From positions 12,889 to 76,888 of the forward strand of contig JABIXB010000205.1 of assembly GCA_018666805.1 (NCBI GenBank): a stretch of 64,000 nt of DNA. The letters are read 5' to 3'. A program made the position numbers and the translations under genes. Position 1 is the stretch's first letter. Each line of letters begins with the position of its first letter. Positions 29,166 through 39,303 of the stretch are shown piece after piece. The notes below the pieces were generated by a model that was not told where the DNA came from, searched no databases, and saw only the letters and a program-made list of their open reading frames with translations. The stretch comes from Rhodospirillaceae bacterium (GTDB lineage: Bacteria; Pseudomonadota; Alphaproteobacteria; UBA828).

Positions 29166-29423
29166 TCAGCTGCTGCCGATCGGGGTCCAGCCATCCATCG
29201 CTTGCGCGTGGCACTCGACATCGCCAATGGTGCGGTAGCAAACGACCTCCGGCTGCGGCGCCGGTTTTTCCGGCGCAGCGAAGGTGTTGCAGACCGGCAC
29301 ATCGGCAAACCAGCGCAGCCAATCGCAATCCTGATGCGCCGTCTTGGCCAAATGATATTCCATCGGCGAGCCACAAGCGGCAAGCAACACCAATATGACG
29401 GCCAATAAGCCATATCGTTTCAT
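29166..29423 (-). CDS. Small lipoprotein with four Cys (hypothetical)
   Basis: Lipobox LLAAC-G after MKRYGLLAVILV. The mature protein is about 65 aa with a CDW...C...C..C pattern. Confidence 0.45.
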   Translation of the reverse strand: MKRYGLLAVILVLLAACGSPMEYHLAKTAHQDCDWLRWFADVPVCNTFAAPEKPAPQPEVVCYRTIGDVECHAQAMDGWTPIGSS

Positions 29424-29462
29424 GTGAAACATTCTCCCATTGTTAGCGGGCGGCGCGCCGCT

Positions 29463-30728
29463 TCACGTGACGTAGACCACCGAATCCGTGGCAGCCTCAA
29501 TCCGCCCGGCGCGGACATCGGCAACAACGGCGCGCAAATCGCGCAAATAATTTTCCACTTCTTCCTGGTGGGACATATTAACCCATAGCATGATCGAATC
29601 AGGCTGCTCTGCGCGTGTCGCGGACCAACCCTTCGCGGCCATACCGGTTTCGACGGCGAAAATATCGAAATCGCGCGCCGTGAAATAGAAATGCAGGGCA
29701 TGCGGCCGGGCGATGATTTCCAGGCCGTCGATCTCCTCAACCCCGGCCATCAGACGGCGCTTGATATCGCGCTGGGCGGAAAAAATTCTGAGATAACCTT
29801 CCTCGCCGAGATAGTTCATCACCGCCCAGGCGGAGGCCAACGGCCCGCCCGAGCGCGAGCCGGTGATATTGGCGGTGCTGTACACGCCGGCCGGCCAATC
29901 GCCGAAAGAGGTGTGCTGATGCGCTTCCAGCGCTTTGTCGTGTAAGAGGACCAACGAGATGCCCTTGTTGGCGTAACCGAATTTGTGCAAATCGACGGAC
30001 ATCGACATGACGCCGGGAACGGCGAAATCAAATTCCGGCACCGGCTCGCCGAGGCGGCGCATGAAGGGCAGAATACAGCCGCCGATGCAGCCATCGACAT
30101 GCATCCAGAGGCCATGCGCCCGCGCGATCGCGGCGATATCCTCGATCGGGTCCGTTTCGCCGTAGGGATAAGGCGGGGCGGAACCCATGATCATGATCGT
30201 ATTGTCGCCGACCGCCGCCGCCATCGCCGCCACATCGGCACGCCAGCCCGGGCTCTTGGCCATGCGCACCACTTTGAGGCCGAGCATATGCCCGGCCTTG
30301 TCGAAGGCCGGGTGGGCGGTGTGCGGCACGATGATTTCCGGCGTCCCGGCGGTCGGGCGGTTTTCGCGCGCCCATTCGCGCGCGGTTTTAACGCTCATGA
30401 TGATGCTTTCCGTGCCGCCGCCCGAGACACTGCCGGCGGCGCCCTCCGGCGCGCTCAGCAGCGCCAGCATCATATCGACAACGTCATTTTCATATTGCCC
30501 GAGGCTGGGATAGGCGGTGCGCGAGAAAATGGCATTTTCGGCGAGATACATATTGTAGGCATTATTGGCGACGGCGAGCAGATCCTCGCCGGCAAAATAG
30601 GCCGGCTTCAGATTGCGCGCATCGCACCACGGCATATCGTCCCGGTGCGCCGCCTTCATTTCAGATTCGACATCCTCCCAGCTTTTGGAAAGCGGTGGAA
30701 AGCGGGAATTTCGCATCTCTTTCTCCAA
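29463..30728 (-). CDS. PLP-dependent group II decarboxylase-fold enzyme (sphingosine-1-phosphate lyase / glutamate decarboxylase / MfnA-like)
   Basis: SMSVDLHKFGYANKG PLP-lysine motif and a GGTESI motif; 421 aa. Substrate cannot be assigned from sequence. Confidence 0.7.
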   Translation of the reverse strand: MEKEMRNSRFPPLSKSWEDVESEMKAAHRDDMPWCDARNLKPAYFAGEDLLAVANNAYNMYLAENAIFSRTAYPSLGQYENDVVDMMLALLSAPEGAAGSVSGGGTESIIMSVKTAREWARENRPTAGTPEIIVPHTAHPAFDKAGHMLGLKVVRMAKSPGWRADVAAMAAAVGDNTIMIMGSAPPYPYGETDPIEDIAAIARAHGLWMHVDGCIGGCILPFMRRLGEPVPEFDFAVPGVMSMSVDLHKFGYANKGISLVLLHDKALEAHQHTSFGDWPAGVYSTANITGSRSGGPLASAWAVMNYLGEEGYLRIFSAQRDIKRRLMAGVEEIDGLEIIARPHALHFYFTARDFDIFAVETGMAAKGWSATRAEQPDSIMLWVNMSHQEEVENYLRDLRAVVADVRAGRIEAATDSVVYVT

Positions 30729-30805
30729 TCTTCGTCCAGCCTTTGCAGATCGCCCGGCAAATCATAAGCTGGAACGCAAGCTAGGCAAACCGGGAGAACA
30801 AAAAA

Positions 30806-32119
30806 ATGACAGGCGCCAATCGACGCTACGACCTCATTCCCTGGGCGGCGCAAAATGCGGTCCACCCCGTAACCCAGATCGAGCGCGGCGAAGGCGCCTA
30901 TATTTACGATTCCGCGGGCCGCAAATATCTCGACTTTTCGTCCCAGTTGGTGAATGTCAATCTCGGCCACGGTCATCCAAAGGTGGTTAAGGCGATACAG
31001 GAGCAAGCCGAGCGTCTCTGCTATATCGGCCCGCACTTCACCACCGAGGCGCGCGATAAACTCGGCGCAAAACTGGCCGAAATCGCGCCCGGCGATATGG
31101 CCACCGCGTTCTTTACCGACAGCGGCAGCGAGGCCAATGAGATCGCCATGACGATCGCCCGCCTGGTAACCGGGCGGCGCAAGATCATGACGCGCTACCG
31201 CTCCTATCACGGCACCACGAGCGGCGCCTTGTCGGCGAGCGGCGATCCAAGACGCATTGCCACCGGTTACGAGCAGCCCAATGTGGTGCGTATCTTCGAC
31301 CCCTATTGCCATCGCTGTAGCTTCAAGCTGAGCTATCCTGAATGCGGCATCCAATGTGCCCGGAGTGTCGAGGAAGTAATCCAGCGCGAAGGCCCGGATC
31401 AGATCGCCGCCCTCCTGATCGAGCCAATGACCGCGTCGGCCGCCGGTATCGATCCGCCGCCGGAATATTTTCCCATGCTGCGCGAAATATGCGACCGCTA
31501 CGGCATTCTGATGATCGCCGATGAAGTAATCACGGGCTTCGGCCGCACGGGGAAATGGTTTGCCGTCAATCATTGGGACGTCGTGCCCGACATGATCACC
31601 AGCGCCAAGGGCCTGACCTCGGGCTATGTGCCGATGGGGGTGGTCATGATGCGCGATCATATCGCGCGCCATTTCGACGATAACTGGATTCCCGTCGGCT
31701 CGACGCAAACCGCCAACCCGATCGCCTGCGCCGCCGCCGTAGCAACGCTCGATGCCTATGTCGAGGATGGCCTGATCGAGAATGCCGCCGCCATGGGCGT
31801 GGTGCTGCGGGGCAGCCTGGACGAGCTGAAGCGCAATCACCCCTCGATCAGCGATGTGCGCAGCCTTGGCCTCCTGGCCTGCGTCGAGCTGGTGGAGGAC
31901 CGTGAGAGCGGTGAGCCACTCTCGGCCGCGTTCGGCCATGGCGACAGCATCGAATGGATCAAGCGCCGCGTGCTCGAACTTGGCCTCGAGGTGCGGGTCA
32001 GCGATCATTTTATTCTGATCGGTCCGCCGCTTTGCATCACGGCTGAGGAGATCGCCTGGGCGATGACGGCGTTCGATGAAATCCTCGGAGAGGTCGAAGG
32101 CCGGCTCGAAGCCGCCTGA
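30806..32119 (+). CDS. Class III (omega) aminotransferase, PLP-dependent
   Basis: DSGSEANE, ADEVITGFGRTG and TSAKGLTSGY (PLP Lys) motifs; 437 aa. Confidence 0.85.
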   Translation: MTGANRRYDLIPWAAQNAVHPVTQIERGEGAYIYDSAGRKYLDFSSQLVNVNLGHGHPKVVKAIQEQAERLCYIGPHFTTEARDKLGAKLAEIAPGDMATAFFTDSGSEANEIAMTIARLVTGRRKIMTRYRSYHGTTSGALSASGDPRRIATGYEQPNVVRIFDPYCHRCSFKLSYPECGIQCARSVEEVIQREGPDQIAALLIEPMTASAAGIDPPPEYFPMLREICDRYGILMIADEVITGFGRTGKWFAVNHWDVVPDMITSAKGLTSGYVPMGVVMMRDHIARHFDDNWIPVGSTQTANPIACAAAVATLDAYVEDGLIENAAAMGVVLRGSLDELKRNHPSISDVRSLGLLACVELVEDRESGEPLSAAFGHGDSIEWIKRRVLELGLEVRVSDHFILIGPPLCITAEEIAWAMTAFDEILGEVEGRLEAA

Positions 32120-32138
32120 TCATCGGAGGCAATGCCGC

Positions 32139-32513
32139 ATGACGATCCAGTCGCTTAATCACGTTACGATCCGTTCGCGCGACCTGGAGACAACGCGGAA
32201 TTTTTATGTCGATATCGTCGGCCTCCGCGACGGCGAGCGCCCACCTTTCGGCTTTCCAGGTTATTGGCTCTATGCCGGCGCGGCGCCGGTGCTTCATCTC
32301 ATCGGCAGTCGTGGTTCGACCGCGACCGGCAGCGGCGCGGTCGACCATGTCGCCTTCGCCTATGAGGCGGAAGATTACGACCGCGTCGTCGCTGCCCTGG
32401 CAGCGCACGGCTTTGACTGCGCGCGCCAAACCGTGCCCACCCTCGGTTCACGCCAATTGTTTATCGAGGATCCAGACGGTGTCTGCGTCGAGCTGAATTT
32501 TCCCGCCGCTTAA
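32139..32513 (+). CDS. VOC family protein (glyoxalase/bleomycin-resistance/dioxygenase fold)
   Basis: LNHVTIRSRDLETTRNFYVDIVGL and HVAFAYEA..DYD. Start placed at MTIQSL, 20 bp after the aminotransferase stop. Confidence 0.7.
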   Translation: MTIQSLNHVTIRSRDLETTRNFYVDIVGLRDGERPPFGFPGYWLYAGAAPVLHLIGSRGSTATGSGAVDHVAFAYEAEDYDRVVAALAAHGFDCARQTVPTLGSRQLFIEDPDGVCVELNFPAA

Positions 32514-32515
32514 GA

Positions 32516-33445
32516 TCAATAACCGGCCTCGGGGTCGACAATGTGGTGCGGCACCTCGCCGGCGCGCACGCGGCGGATATTTTCAGCCACCAAACGGGCG
32601 CCCGACTGGGCATTGGTGATCGACGCCACATGCGGCGTGATGGTGATATTGGGCGCACGCCAGAGCGGATCGTCCACCGGCAAGGGCTCCTTGCGGGTGA
32701 CGTCGAGCACGGCGTGGGACAAGCGGCCAGACTCAAGCGCGGCGATCAAATCAGCCTCGACGACGAGGCCGCCGCGCGCGCCGTTGATCAGACAAGCGCC
32801 TTGCGGCAGAGCGCCAAGCAGCCGCTGGTCGATGATGCCCTCGGTCGCTGGTGTGAGCGGCAACAGGCATACCAGGATGTCGCTCGCCGCGAGAAATTCG
32901 TCGAGCGCCGCAGCGCCGGCATAGCTTTTGACGCCCGGCAAATCCTTTTCGTGCCGGCTCCAGCCGATAACCTCGAAGCCGATATCCTGGAGCGGCTTGG
33001 CCGATGCCGCGCCGAGCACGCCGAGGCCCATCATACCGACACGGCGCTCATACGAAAAAGGCGCCGCGAGGCGGTGCCAATCCTGCGCCCGCTGGTAAGC
33101 GAGATATTCCGGCACCCGGCGATGGCAATAAAGCGTGTAGAGAAGCACCCACTCGCGCATGCCCTGGGTGAGATTGTCGTCGACAAAGCGCGTCATCGGC
33201 ACGCCCTCGGGGAGCGTGGTGGCGGCAAGCAAATGATCGACACCAGCGCCGAGCGAGGCGATCAGTTTCAGGTTGGGAAAGCGCAGCAATTGCTGCTCCA
33301 TCGGATCCCACACCAGCGCGATCTCGACATCCTCTTCAGCGCCGACATCGGGCCAAACGCGAAACTCGAGATCGGGCAGATGCCCGGCAAAGGCGGCGCG
33401 CCACTCCTCCGGATCGTCCGTCCGGCTGCAAAAAATCAAAGACAT
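32516..33445 (-). CDS. D-isomer-specific 2-hydroxyacid dehydrogenase (GhrA-like glyoxylate/hydroxypyruvate reductase)
   Basis: GMMGLGVLG NAD motif, catalytic R..E..H pattern (NGARGGLV, ITPHVAS); 309 aa. Confidence 0.85.
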   Translation of the reverse strand: MSLIFCSRTDDPEEWRAAFAGHLPDLEFRVWPDVGAEEDVEIALVWDPMEQQLLRFPNLKLIASLGAGVDHLLAATTLPEGVPMTRFVDDNLTQGMREWVLLYTLYCHRRVPEYLAYQRAQDWHRLAAPFSYERRVGMMGLGVLGAASAKPLQDIGFEVIGWSRHEKDLPGVKSYAGAAALDEFLAASDILVCLLPLTPATEGIIDQRLLGALPQGACLINGARGGLVVEADLIAALESGRLSHAVLDVTRKEPLPVDDPLWRAPNITITPHVASITNAQSGARLVAENIRRVRAGEVPHHIVDPEAGY

Positions 33446-33477
33446 GGCAGTTCAAATATCATGGCGCGGCGAACGTC

Positions 33478-36156
33478 TCAATCGTCCGGCAATATGTTGC
33501 GCAGTCGGTACACCAGATCGAGCGCGGCACGCGGGCTGAGGGCATCGACATCGGTCTCTTCGAGAACGGCGCGCAGTTCATCCAGTACCACCCTGTCTGC
33601 ATTCATAGCCGGCGCGCCCGGACCGGGGCTGGAAAAAAGCGGCAAATCCTCTGCCAGGCGAGCCACCGCGCCGCCCTGCTCGCCTTTTTCCAATGTCGCC
33701 AACACCTCCTCGGCGCGGGTGAGCACAGCCTCGGGCAGGCCGGCCAGGCGGGCGACGTGAATGCCGTAGGAGCGGTCCGCGGAACCTGCCATGACCTCGT
33801 GCAGAAAGACCACATCGCCCTGCCACTCCTTGACCCGCATAGTGCTGCAGGCCAGCCGCTCGAGCTTGGGTGCGAGCGCCGTCAACTCATGGTAATGGGT
33901 GGCGAACAGGGTGCGGCATTTATTGACCTCATGCAGATGCTCGACCGCCGCCCAGGCGATCGAGAGGCCGTCGAAGGTCGCCGTGCCGCGCCCGATCTCA
34001 TCCAATATGACCAGAGCATTGGCCCCGGCCAAATTCAGGATCGCCGCCGTTTCGATCATTTCGACCATGAAGGTCGAGCGGCCGCGCGCCAAATCATCGG
34101 CGGCGCCGACGCGGCTGAACAGGCGGTCGACGACGCCGATATGGGCGCTCTCGGCCGGCACGAACGAGCCCATCTGAGCGAGAATGGCAATCAGCGCGCT
34201 CTGCCTGAGAAAGGTGCTCTTGCCCGCCATGTTGGGGCCGGTCACAAGCCAGAGATGCTGCGCCGGGCCAAGGTCGCAATCATTGGCAACAAACTGTTGC
34301 TCGCTTATCGCCAGCGCTTCGACCACGGGATGTCGCCCGGCGCGGATATCGAAGGCCTGGCCGGCATCGACAACGGGCCGGCAATAACGCCGTTCGACGG
34401 CCAACTGCGCCAACGCCGAGGCAACATCGAGCCGCGCGGCGGCGCGCGCCAGACGGGCGATCTCTTCGGCCCGGGCGATGGTCTCGCCGAGCAATTGCTC
34501 GAACAGCTGGGCTTCAAGATCGAGTGCTTTTTGCGCCGCCGAGTTTATCTTGCCCTCAAGCTCGCCGAGCTCGACGGTGGTAAAGCGCACAGCACTTGCC
34601 AGGCTCTGGCGATGGATAAAACCTTCGCCAAGCTTTGCCGCGTTGCGCTCCGTGACATCAACAAAATAGCCGAGCACATTATTGTGCTTGACCTTCAGGC
34701 TGTCGACGCCGGTCTCTTGTCGGTAGCGCGCTTGTAAATTGGCGATCAGACGGCGGCTTTCGTCGCGAAGCGAGACGAATTCATCAAGTGCGGCGCTATA
34801 GCCGTGGGCGATAAACCCGCCGTCGCGGACCATCGGCGGCGGGGTCGGCACGAGCGCGTTTGTGAGGCGCGTGGCGAGAATGTCATGCTCGCCGAGGCCC
34901 TCGGCGACACGCGCCACGGCATCGCCAATCGCATCTAGGCCCGCTGCCCGGTCGAGCGCCGCGCGAAGCTCAGGCACCCGCACCAAGGCATCGCGAATCG
35001 CCGCTAAATCTCTCGGGCCGCCGCGCCCCAAAGTGAGGCGCGAGAGGGCGCGCTCGATATCGGGAAAGGCGCGCAGTGTCGCCCGCAAAGCGTCACGCGA
35101 AGCCGTCGCCGCGATAAAAAAATCAACCTGGTCGAGGCGCGCATTGATGACGCCCGGGTCGGTAAGCGGGGCCGCCAAGCGGGCATGCAGCAGGCGTGCG
35201 CCGGCACCCGTCACGCTGCGGTCAATAACTGCGAGGAGCGATCCTTTGCGGCCGCCGGAAAGGGCGTGCGTGAGTTCGAGATTGCGCCGGGTGGCTGCAT
35301 CGATCGCCATGCTGGCGGTTTCCAGAACCGGACGCAACGCCGCCAGACGCGGCAGCTTGCCCTTCTGGGTGAGACTGACATATTCGACAATCGCGCCCGC
35401 CGCGGCGAGTTCGGCGCGGCCGAATTCGCCGAAGCCGTCGAGCGCGGCGACACCATAGAGAGCGCACAGACGGCGCTCGCCCGCCGCGCTGTCAAACAGG
35501 CGCGCCGGCTGCGGCGCCAAAGCGGCTTTCCAGTCAGCGAAGGTTTCGAACAATTCCGGCGCTTCAAGCATGCCATCGGAGAGCAGGATTTCACCCGGCG
35601 CGAGACGGGCGAGCGTCGCTGGCAGGGTGGCCGCGTCACATTTCATCACGCGGAATTCGCCGGTCGACATGTCGCACCAGGCAATGGCCCATTGGCCCTC
35701 GGCCCGGCCCAGCGCCACCAGATAGTTGCAGGCGCGCGCATCGAGGAGCGTGTCCTCGGTGAGCGTGCCGGGCGTTACCAGGCGCTCGACCTCGCGCGCC
35801 ACAACGGCTTTTGCGCCGCGCTTCTTGGCCGCCGCCGGGTCTTCGGTTTGCTCACACACGGCAACCCGGAAGCCGGACTGGATGAGGCGCTCGAGATAGC
35901 TGTCGGCGGCGCGCACCGGCACACCGCACATCGGCACGTCCGCTCCCGCATGCTTGCCGCGGTGGGTCAAGGTAATGCCGAGCGCCTCAGCCGCCGTGAC
36001 GGCGTCATCAAAGAAGAGCTCGTAAAAATCACCCATGCGGTAAAATAACAGGGCCTCCGCATGATCGCGCTTGATGGCGAGATATTGCGCCATCATCGGC
36101 GTTACCTTGGCTGCCGGGGATTCTTCGGAAGGCGGATTGGTCGTTTTCTTGGCCAT
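33478..36156 (-). CDS. mutS: DNA mismatch repair protein MutS
   Basis: TPMMAQY N-terminus, mismatch-binding F-x-E (GDFYELF), Walker [10 protein letters not shown] and DELGRGT motifs. Start placed at MAKKTTN. Confidence 0.95.
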   Translation of the reverse strand: MAKKTTNPPSEESPAAKVTPMMAQYLAIKRDHAEALLFYRMGDFYELFFDDAVTAAEALGITLTHRGKHAGADVPMCGVPVRAADSYLERLIQSGFRVAVCEQTEDPAAAKKRGAKAVVAREVERLVTPGTLTEDTLLDARACNYLVALGRAEGQWAIAWCDMSTGEFRVMKCDAATLPATLARLAPGEILLSDGMLEAPELFETFADWKAALAPQPARLFDSAAGERRLCALYGVAALDGFGEFGRAELAAAGAIVEYVSLTQKGKLPRLAALRPVLETASMAIDAATRRNLELTHALSGGRKGSLLAVIDRSVTGAGARLLHARLAAPLTDPGVINARLDQVDFFIAATASRDALRATLRAFPDIERALSRLTLGRGGPRDLAAIRDALVRVPELRAALDRAAGLDAIGDAVARVAEGLGEHDILATRLTNALVPTPPPMVRDGGFIAHGYSAALDEFVSLRDESRRLIANLQARYRQETGVDSLKVKHNNVLGYFVDVTERNAAKLGEGFIHRQSLASAVRFTTVELGELEGKINSAAQKALDLEAQLFEQLLGETIARAEEIARLARAAARLDVASALAQLAVERRYCRPVVDAGQAFDIRAGRHPVVEALAISEQQFVANDCDLGPAQHLWLVTGPNMAGKSTFLRQSALIAILAQMGSFVPAESAHIGVVDRLFSRVGAADDLARGRSTFMVEMIETAAILNLAGANALVILDEIGRGTATFDGLSIAWAAVEHLHEVNKCRTLFATHYHELTALAPKLERLACSTMRVKEWQGDVVFLHEVMAGSADRSYGIHVARLAGLPEAVLTRAEEVLATLEKGEQGGAVARLAEDLPLFSSPGPGAPAMNADRVVLDELRAVLEETDVDALSPRAALDLVYRLRNILPDD

Positions 36157-36242
36157 GGCGCGAGACGGTAACACATGGTGCAAGCGGCTCACAAAGGGGG
36201 GGATTGTCGAAACACCCCGCTTTGCGCACAATTTCCATAGCG

Positions 36243-37631
36243 ATGAACATGGGAGACATTATGGTTTGGCGGGACGTACCCTTGGGACGATGGCTGCGCA
36301 CGGTAGGAATTGCCGCAGCGCCGCTTGCCCTCGCCCTGATTATCCTTGCCGCGCTCGGTCTGATTCCGTTCGGTGCTGCCGCACTCACCTGGCTCGGTTT
36401 GACGATTATCAGCGCCGCCGCGATCTATTGGCTGCTCGGCGATTTGCTGCGCACCAAACGCGATATCGAGCTCATGGCGCGCGGCGACGATATTACACCG
36501 GCCGGCGGGCGCTCGCGCATCGGGCGCGAACTGGCGCAGGCCGTGCAGCGCCTCGAGCGCGAATCACGCGAACGCACCGGCCGCCTGGTGAGCGATCATG
36601 ACGGCCTAAAGCGCGCCCTGGATGCGCTACCCGGCCCGGTGCTGTTGTTGACGGCGGGACAAACGGTGGTCCGCGCCAACCGCGCCGCGAAGACCCTGCT
36701 TGGCGGCGAGCCCGAGGGCCGCGACCTGGCTGCGGTGCTGCGCAATCCCGATGTTATCGCAGCGCTCGAGACGGCCGCGCAAACCGATAGCGGCCAGGAT
36801 GTGGCCTTCACCCTGCAATCACCCATGGCGCGGTACTTCTCGGCCCACATCGAACCCTTGCGCCAACCCGCAGCCGACGGCACGGCAATCGTGCTTGCCC
36901 TTGTCGACGTGACGGCAGCGCGCTTGAGCGACCAGATGCGGGCAGATTTCATCGCCAACGCCAGCCATGAAATTCGCACTCCGCTTGCCACCCTGAGCGG
37001 ATTTATCGAAACCCTGCGCGGGCCAGCCAAGGACGACAGGCAAGCGAGCGAGCGCTTTCTCGCCATCATGGCCCAACACGCCGAACGGATGACGCGCCTG
37101 GTCGGGGATTTGCTCTCCCTCTCGCGTATCGAAATGAACGAGCACACGATTCCGGCGGATCAGGTCAACCTCGCCGCCCTGCTCGCCACTGTGACGGATA
37201 ATCTCGAATGGCGCGCCAAGGAGCGGTCCGTCGCTCTGACCAGCGATATCGAGGCAGGGCTTCCTTCGCTGCCAGGAGATTCCGGTGAGCTGACGCAATT
37301 GTTTCAAAACCTCATCGACAACGCGATCAAATATGGCCGGGAGGATGGCGCCGTACGCATCCGTGCCTGGCGCGATAAAGCCGGTGAACGCGATATCCTG
37401 GTGTCAATCGCGGATGAGGGCGAGGGTATCGCGCGCGAGCATCTGCCGCGCCTGACCGAACGGTTTTATCGCATCGATACGGCGCGTTCGCGCGAGCTTG
37501 GCGGCACCGGCCTCGGCCTCGCCATCGTAAAACACATCGCCAGCCGCCACCGGGCGGAACTCTCGATTAAATCCGAGCCGGGAAAGGGCAGCATTTTCAC
37601 CCTCCGCTTCGCCCCCATTGCGGCTGAATAA
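36243..37631 (+). CDS. phoR: Phosphate regulon sensor histidine kinase PhoR
   Basis: Two N-terminal TM segments, a PAS-like region, H-box ASHEIRTPL, then N, G1 and G2 boxes. It is adjacent to pstCAB-phoU-phoB. Start could be 36243 or 36261. Confidence 0.85.
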   Translation: MNMGDIMVWRDVPLGRWLRTVGIAAAPLALALIILAALGLIPFGAAALTWLGLTIISAAAIYWLLGDLLRTKRDIELMARGDDITPAGGRSRIGRELAQAVQRLERESRERTGRLVSDHDGLKRALDALPGPVLLLTAGQTVVRANRAAKTLLGGEPEGRDLAAVLRNPDVIAALETAAQTDSGQDVAFTLQSPMARYFSAHIEPLRQPAADGTAIVLALVDVTAARLSDQMRADFIANASHEIRTPLATLSGFIETLRGPAKDDRQASERFLAIMAQHAERMTRLVGDLLSLSRIEMNEHTIPADQVNLAALLATVTDNLEWRAKERSVALTSDIEAGLPSLPGDSGELTQLFQNLIDNAIKYGREDGAVRIRAWRDKAGERDILVSIADEGEGIAREHLPRLTERFYRIDTARSRELGGTGLGLAIVKHIASRHRAELSIKSEPGKGSIFTLRFAPIAAE

Positions 37632-37695
37632 TCGGGTTCAGCCAAGCCTTAATGCCGGCAATCCGAATAAAAATCAAACGGAGTTACAGCGTAAA

Positions 37696-38997
37696 ATGAC
37701 CAGCCTGTTGAAAATAAGAAACAAAGCTTCCGCCCGGATCAACCGGGCGAGTCTGTTGCTCGGCGCGGCGGTATTGAGCGCCCCGATCCTGCTCGCCCAA
37801 CCGGCAGCCGCGGATGATATTTCGGACCTGAAAGCGGAAAACACGGCTCTCAAAGACCAGATCGAAAGTCTGGCGCGGGATCTGCAACAGCTGCGCGATG
37901 CGGTCCACCAAAATGGCCAGGCGGTCGCCGAAGTAAAGGCCGATAGTCAGAACGCCGGGCCGGTTGTCACATCCGGCGAGGAAAATACCAAACTCGCTAT
38001 TTCCGGCCATGTGAACCGCATGCTGTTTTACGCCGATGACGGCGATCAGGCGCGCTGGTTCCATGCCGACAACGACTCCTCGGCGTCCCGCGTACGCTTC
38101 ATCGGCTTGACCAAAATGGGCGACAATTGGAGCGCCGGTACGACCATGGAGTTACAATTCGAGTCAAACTCGACTGACGACCTCACCATTGACCAAAATA
38201 CGGCGACCATCGCCAGCAACAGTTTTACCGAGCGCAAGCTCGAACTGTGGTTCAGCAACAACGATTTGGGCAAAATTTATTTGGGCCAGAGCTCCGCCGC
38301 CTCAGATGGCACGATGGAGGAAGACCTCTCCGGCACGGGCGTGATTTCTAGTTCGGGCTATTCCGGTCTCGGTGGTTCCCTGGCGTTTCGCGTTTCGGGC
38401 AGCCAGGGCGTTTCGACGGGGGTAACGATAGGCGACCTCTTCAGTGCCCAGAACGGCCTCAACCGCGATGACCGGATTCGTTACGACAGCCCGACCTTTG
38501 CCGGCACCAAGCTCTCGACCTCCTGGGTCGATGGCGACGAGTGGGATCTGGCGGCACGCTATGGCCGCGAGTTCGACGGCACCGAGGTCGCCCTCGCCGC
38601 CGGCTATTGGGACGCCTCGCCGACCGCGCAAAAGACCGGCTATGGCATGTCCGCCTCGGCCAAGGCATCGTTCGGCACCAGCCTGAGCGCGAGCTATTCG
38701 AGCGAGGACATCGAGGCCACGGCGCGCGACGACGAGGAATTCTGGTACGTCAAGCTCGGCCACGATTTCGAAATGACGAGTCTCGGCGGCAGCGCCATCA
38801 GCATCGATTATTCCCAAACCGAGGATCAGGGCGCGACCGGCCGCGAGGGCACGTTCTACAGCCTCGCGGCGGCGCAATCGATCGATAGGCTCAGCGCCGA
38901 ACTTTATGCTATCATCGGCGTCTATGATGCCGATCTGCCCGATGTTCAGACCGAAGACGTCACCATCGGCGGGTTCGGCGCACTGGTGAGATTTTAA
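37696..38997 (+). CDS. Outer-membrane porin with an N-terminal periplasmic coiled coil (possibly phosphate-regulated, OprO/P- or DcaP-like)
   Basis: Signal peptide, then coiled coil DISDLKAENTALKDQIESLARDLQQLRDAV. Alternating beta-strand pattern rich in G/S/T/D/Y, C-terminal ...GALVRF. Located between phoR and pstC. Confidence 0.5.
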   Translation: MTSLLKIRNKASARINRASLLLGAAVLSAPILLAQPAAADDISDLKAENTALKDQIESLARDLQQLRDAVHQNGQAVAEVKADSQNAGPVVTSGEENTKLAISGHVNRMLFYADDGDQARWFHADNDSSASRVRFIGLTKMGDNWSAGTTMELQFESNSTDDLTIDQNTATIASNSFTERKLELWFSNNDLGKIYLGQSSAASDGTMEEDLSGTGVISSSGYSGLGGSLAFRVSGSQGVSTGVTIGDLFSAQNGLNRDDRIRYDSPTFAGTKLSTSWVDGDEWDLAARYGREFDGTEVALAAGYWDASPTAQKTGYGMSASAKASFGTSLSASYSSEDIEATARDDEEFWYVKLGHDFEMTSLGGSAISIDYSQTEDQGATGREGTFYSLAAAQSIDRLSAELYAIIGVYDADLPDVQTEDVTIGGFGALVRF

Positions 38998-39014
38998 GCC
39001 CAAGGAGCCGTCAT

Positions 39015-39200
39015 ATGCTTCACACCGGAAGCAAAGTGAAATACGCCGCAATCCTGCTTGTCGCCACCACGCTCGCCCTATCGGCGTGCGGCGGCAAACC
39101 GCTACATACCAGCAAGTGGCAGGATCCGGGCGACGAAATCCCGCCGGGCTCGGGCCTGTTCTCCGGCGAAGACGGAGAATTTACTGTCCACGCCGAATAG
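39015..39200 (+). CDS. Small lipoprotein (hypothetical)
   Basis: Lipobox LALSAC-GG; 61 aa; GC3-rich; sits between the porin and pstC. Confidence 0.4.
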   Translation: MLHTGSKVKYAAILLVATTLALSACGGKPLHTSKWQDPGDEIPPGSGLFSGEDGEFTVHAE

Positions 39201-39303
39201 ATTTCTTCATTGAGCAAAATCTCTTCGCCGGCGTCATAAAACCGTAACATTGGCGGTGTATTGATTGACTGTTCGGTGATGCTCCCGAAACGTTCCGGGC
39301 GGC

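Noticed and set aside
30656-32008. 450-aa ORF on the minus strand
   Set aside because: It is antisense to the class-III aminotransferase. The translation is Gly/Ala/Arg-rich with no recognisable domain, so it is a typical high-GC shadow ORF.
32543-33760. 405-aa plus-strand ORF
   Set aside because: It is antisense to the 2-hydroxyacid dehydrogenase and the mutS 3' end. Arg/Ala-rich shadow ORF.
37632-37695. Pho-box-like GTCAT...TGTAA repeats just upstream of the porin gene
   Set aside because: The repeat spacing does not fit the 11-bp Pho-box periodicity, and the motif overlaps the ribosome-binding region.
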